A stretch of 64,000 bases of DNA, taken from positions 62,001 through 126,000 of the forward strand of contig NIVC01001601.1 of assembly GCA_002269645.1 (NCBI GenBank), in the 5' to 3' direction. Below the pieces are notes generated by a model. That model was not told the DNA's origin and did no database searches. It saw only the letters and a program-made list of their open reading frames with translations. Numbering within the stretch: position 1 is the first letter of the stretch; each line of letters opens with the position of its first letter. The DNA is from Macrostomum lignano. Lineage: Eukaryota. A program made the translations under genes and the position numbers. This document shows, piece by piece, positions 61,950 through 64,000 of this stretch.

Positions 61950-62267
61950 TGATACTCCCAATTGGGGTTCTTATACTCTAAGAAATGATTAAGTCTTTAA
62001 GCGATTTCAATATTTAGAACGAACTAAATTTGCTTATCGAAAACCGAAAGGCAGCAAACGGTTGCTTCCTCAAGTCTGCTCAGCGTGTCTATTTATACCC
62101 AAAATTCGTTATAGTTTAAACAAAATAATAATTGCAGAAATATTTTTGCAAACCACAACATTCAAACAAATATTTCGCGCAGATTTGAATAAAGGTTTTT
62201 CTAAGAAAGGCAAACATAAAACGAGTAAAATTTAAAAGTATTAGAGCTATTATTAATGCCTGTCTCA
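61950..62267 (-). repeat. 5' LTR (318 bp)
   Basis: Direct repeat of 53685-54002; contains a minus-strand TATAAATAGA at 62088-62097. Confidence 0.88.
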
Positions 62268-63195
62268 ATAATAACTTATAGACCATTGTATTTGATAGTC
62301 ACAATCTCAATATATTATCTTACAAATAGGCCTATAATGTCTAAGATAGAATTCCAAATAAGAAGCACATTCAGTTCAAGTTACAAGGGGTTTCTAATTG
62401 TATAGGTGAACCAAAGGTTTAGTCTATTGTGGAATGCGGGATGCTTGTTGGTTCAGTTTTAGTGAGTCAATTTAGCAGTTTTGGCATTTGGGTTAAGACC
62501 CTAATTGTGTCAATCAAAGGTTGTTCTACAAAAATAGAAGGCAAAAAGGAGGGAAAAGGGAGGCAAGCTTCTTGCTTGGTTGACATGGGCTTTTTTAATA
62601 CTTTTTGGTCTTGATCACATTGGATGGTATATAGCTACTTTCCATTAGTTTGGGTTGTGTCCTCAGCTTTTGCTAGTTGGAGCACATACATTGGTTAAAA
62701 TACATTCATTCTGGATAAGAACTTTTTAGAGCCAAAATGTGTCACTTCATATTATTAGATATTTTATCTAAAAATTTTTAGATCTTTTATCTACTATTAT
62801 ACTAGATCTATAATAATTCTAAGCCTAAGAAGGTTGGGCAAAATCTAGATTATTAGCTATATATGGCTTAAGAAACCTTTAAATAAAATTTAGGGTATTT
62901 AGTTACTTTTTGTAATAGTAATATGGTTTACTTTATATCTTAGTCTTATTTTATGTGTTCTTTGCTCTTTTTTTCTAAAAATATTTGTTATTTTTTCTTT
63001 CTTTATTCTTTTATTTACTTATCTTTGTTTATTAATAGAAAACCACTATTATAACAATAATAATAATAATAATAACAACAAAAATATGAAGTCATTATTA
63101 GAGTAGGACATATTAGATAGGCCCTAGTACATTGCAGAGCCTAAAAGTTAAAATCAATGTTAGGTGCCCATGCCCTAGTATTGCATACTAGGTAG

Positions 63196-64000
63196 CAGTG
63201 GCATAGTCAGGGGGAGGCCCCCCATTGCCTGGGGGATTGGGTTGGGTGTGGTGGGTACCAAAAACCATGAGGCAATTGAGTGCTTGCAGCGCCAAAATGA
63301 GTGCCTGCAGCACCAAAATGAGTGCCTGCAGCATCAAAATGAGTGCCTCCAGCACCAAAATGAGTGCCTCCAGCACCAAAATGAGTGCCTGCAGTGCCAA
63401 AATGAGTGCCTGCAGTGCCAAAATGAGTGCCTGCAGCACCAAAATGAGTGCCTGTAGTGCCAAAATGAGTGCCTGCAGCACCAAAATGAGTGCCTGCGGT
63501 GCCAAAATGAGTGCCTGCAGCGCCAAAATGAGTGCCTGCAGCACCAAAATGAGTGCCTGCAGCATCAAAATGAGTGCCTCCAGCACCAAAATGAGTGCCT
63601 CCAGCACCAAAATGAGTGCCTGCAGTGCCAAAATGAGTGCCTGCAGCACCAAAATGAGTGCCTGTAGTGCCAAAATGAGTGCCTGCAGCACCAAAATGAG
63701 TGCCTGCGGTGCCAAAATGAGTGCCTGCAGCACCAAAATGAGTGCCTGCAGCACCAAAATGAGTGCTTCCAGCACCAAAATGAGTGCCTCCAGCACCAAA
63801 ATGAGTGCCTGTAGTGCCGAAATGAGTGCCTGCAGCACCAAAATGAGTGCCTGTATTGCCAAAATGAGTGCTTGCAGTGCCAAAATGAGTGCCTGCAGCA
63901 CCAAAATGAGTGCCTCCAGCACCAAAATGAGTGCCTGCAGTGCCAAAATGAGTGCCTGCAGTGCCAAAATGAGTGCCTGCAGCACCAAAATGAGTGCCTG
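63196..64000 (+). repeat. MITE-like head followed by 21-bp satellite (GCCTGCAGCACCAAAATGAGT)n, running off the window end
   Basis: CAGTGGCATAGTCAGGGGGAGG at 63196, then more than 30 units from ~63284. The unit is the reverse complement of the 43506-43700 unit. Confidence 0.93.

Larger units (their letters stand above)
53685..62267 (-). mobile_element. Ty3/Gypsy LTR retrotransposon, 8.58 kb, coding-intact
   Basis: 318-bp direct repeats with TG...CA ends, gag, pol in PR-RT-RH-IN order, PPT and tRNA-Leu PBS. Confidence 0.96.

Noticed and set aside
61940-61960. Tf1-type self-priming PBS directly after the 318-bp LTR
   Set aside because: GAAACCGCTA has only ~7 nt of complementarity (with a G-U pair) to LTR sequence, and a perfect tRNA-Leu PBS exists elsewhere.
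63188-63988. 266-aa hydrophobic LVLQALI ORF
   Set aside because: Translation of the 21-bp satellite, not a membrane protein.

Overview
Eukaryotic (metazoan, invertebrate) genomic DNA: GC-rich exons among AT-rich, minisatellite-packed introns. A free-living flatworm such as Macrostomum is my inference only. Host genes reconstructed by hand: C2CD5 (minus, 6 exons visible, continuing off the left edge, with a GC-AG first intron); tektin-3 (minus, 6 exons, 500 aa, two RFX X-boxes); a RERG/RERGL-like small GTPase (minus, 4 exons, 253 aa, no CAAX); an intronless M13/neprilysin-like gene lacking its third zinc ligand; an intronless secreted alpha-carbonic anhydrase; and a signal peptide-WSC-F-type lectin gene with two frame breaks that the ORF track misses. 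Mobile DNA: an 8.6-kb, apparently intact Ty3/Gypsy element (gag, -1 frameshift at GGGAAAC, pol) with an extra non-env ORF, a displaced and duplicated tRNA-Leu PBS, and no TSD; three copies of a tRNA-derived CORE-like SINE; a CAG(T/G)GGCG-ended MITE family; and a decayed RTE-like LINE. Two satellites appear to have grown from these elements: a 17-bp array from the SINE head and a 21-bp array from the MITE interior. Most long ORFs in the track are tandem-repeat artefacts.
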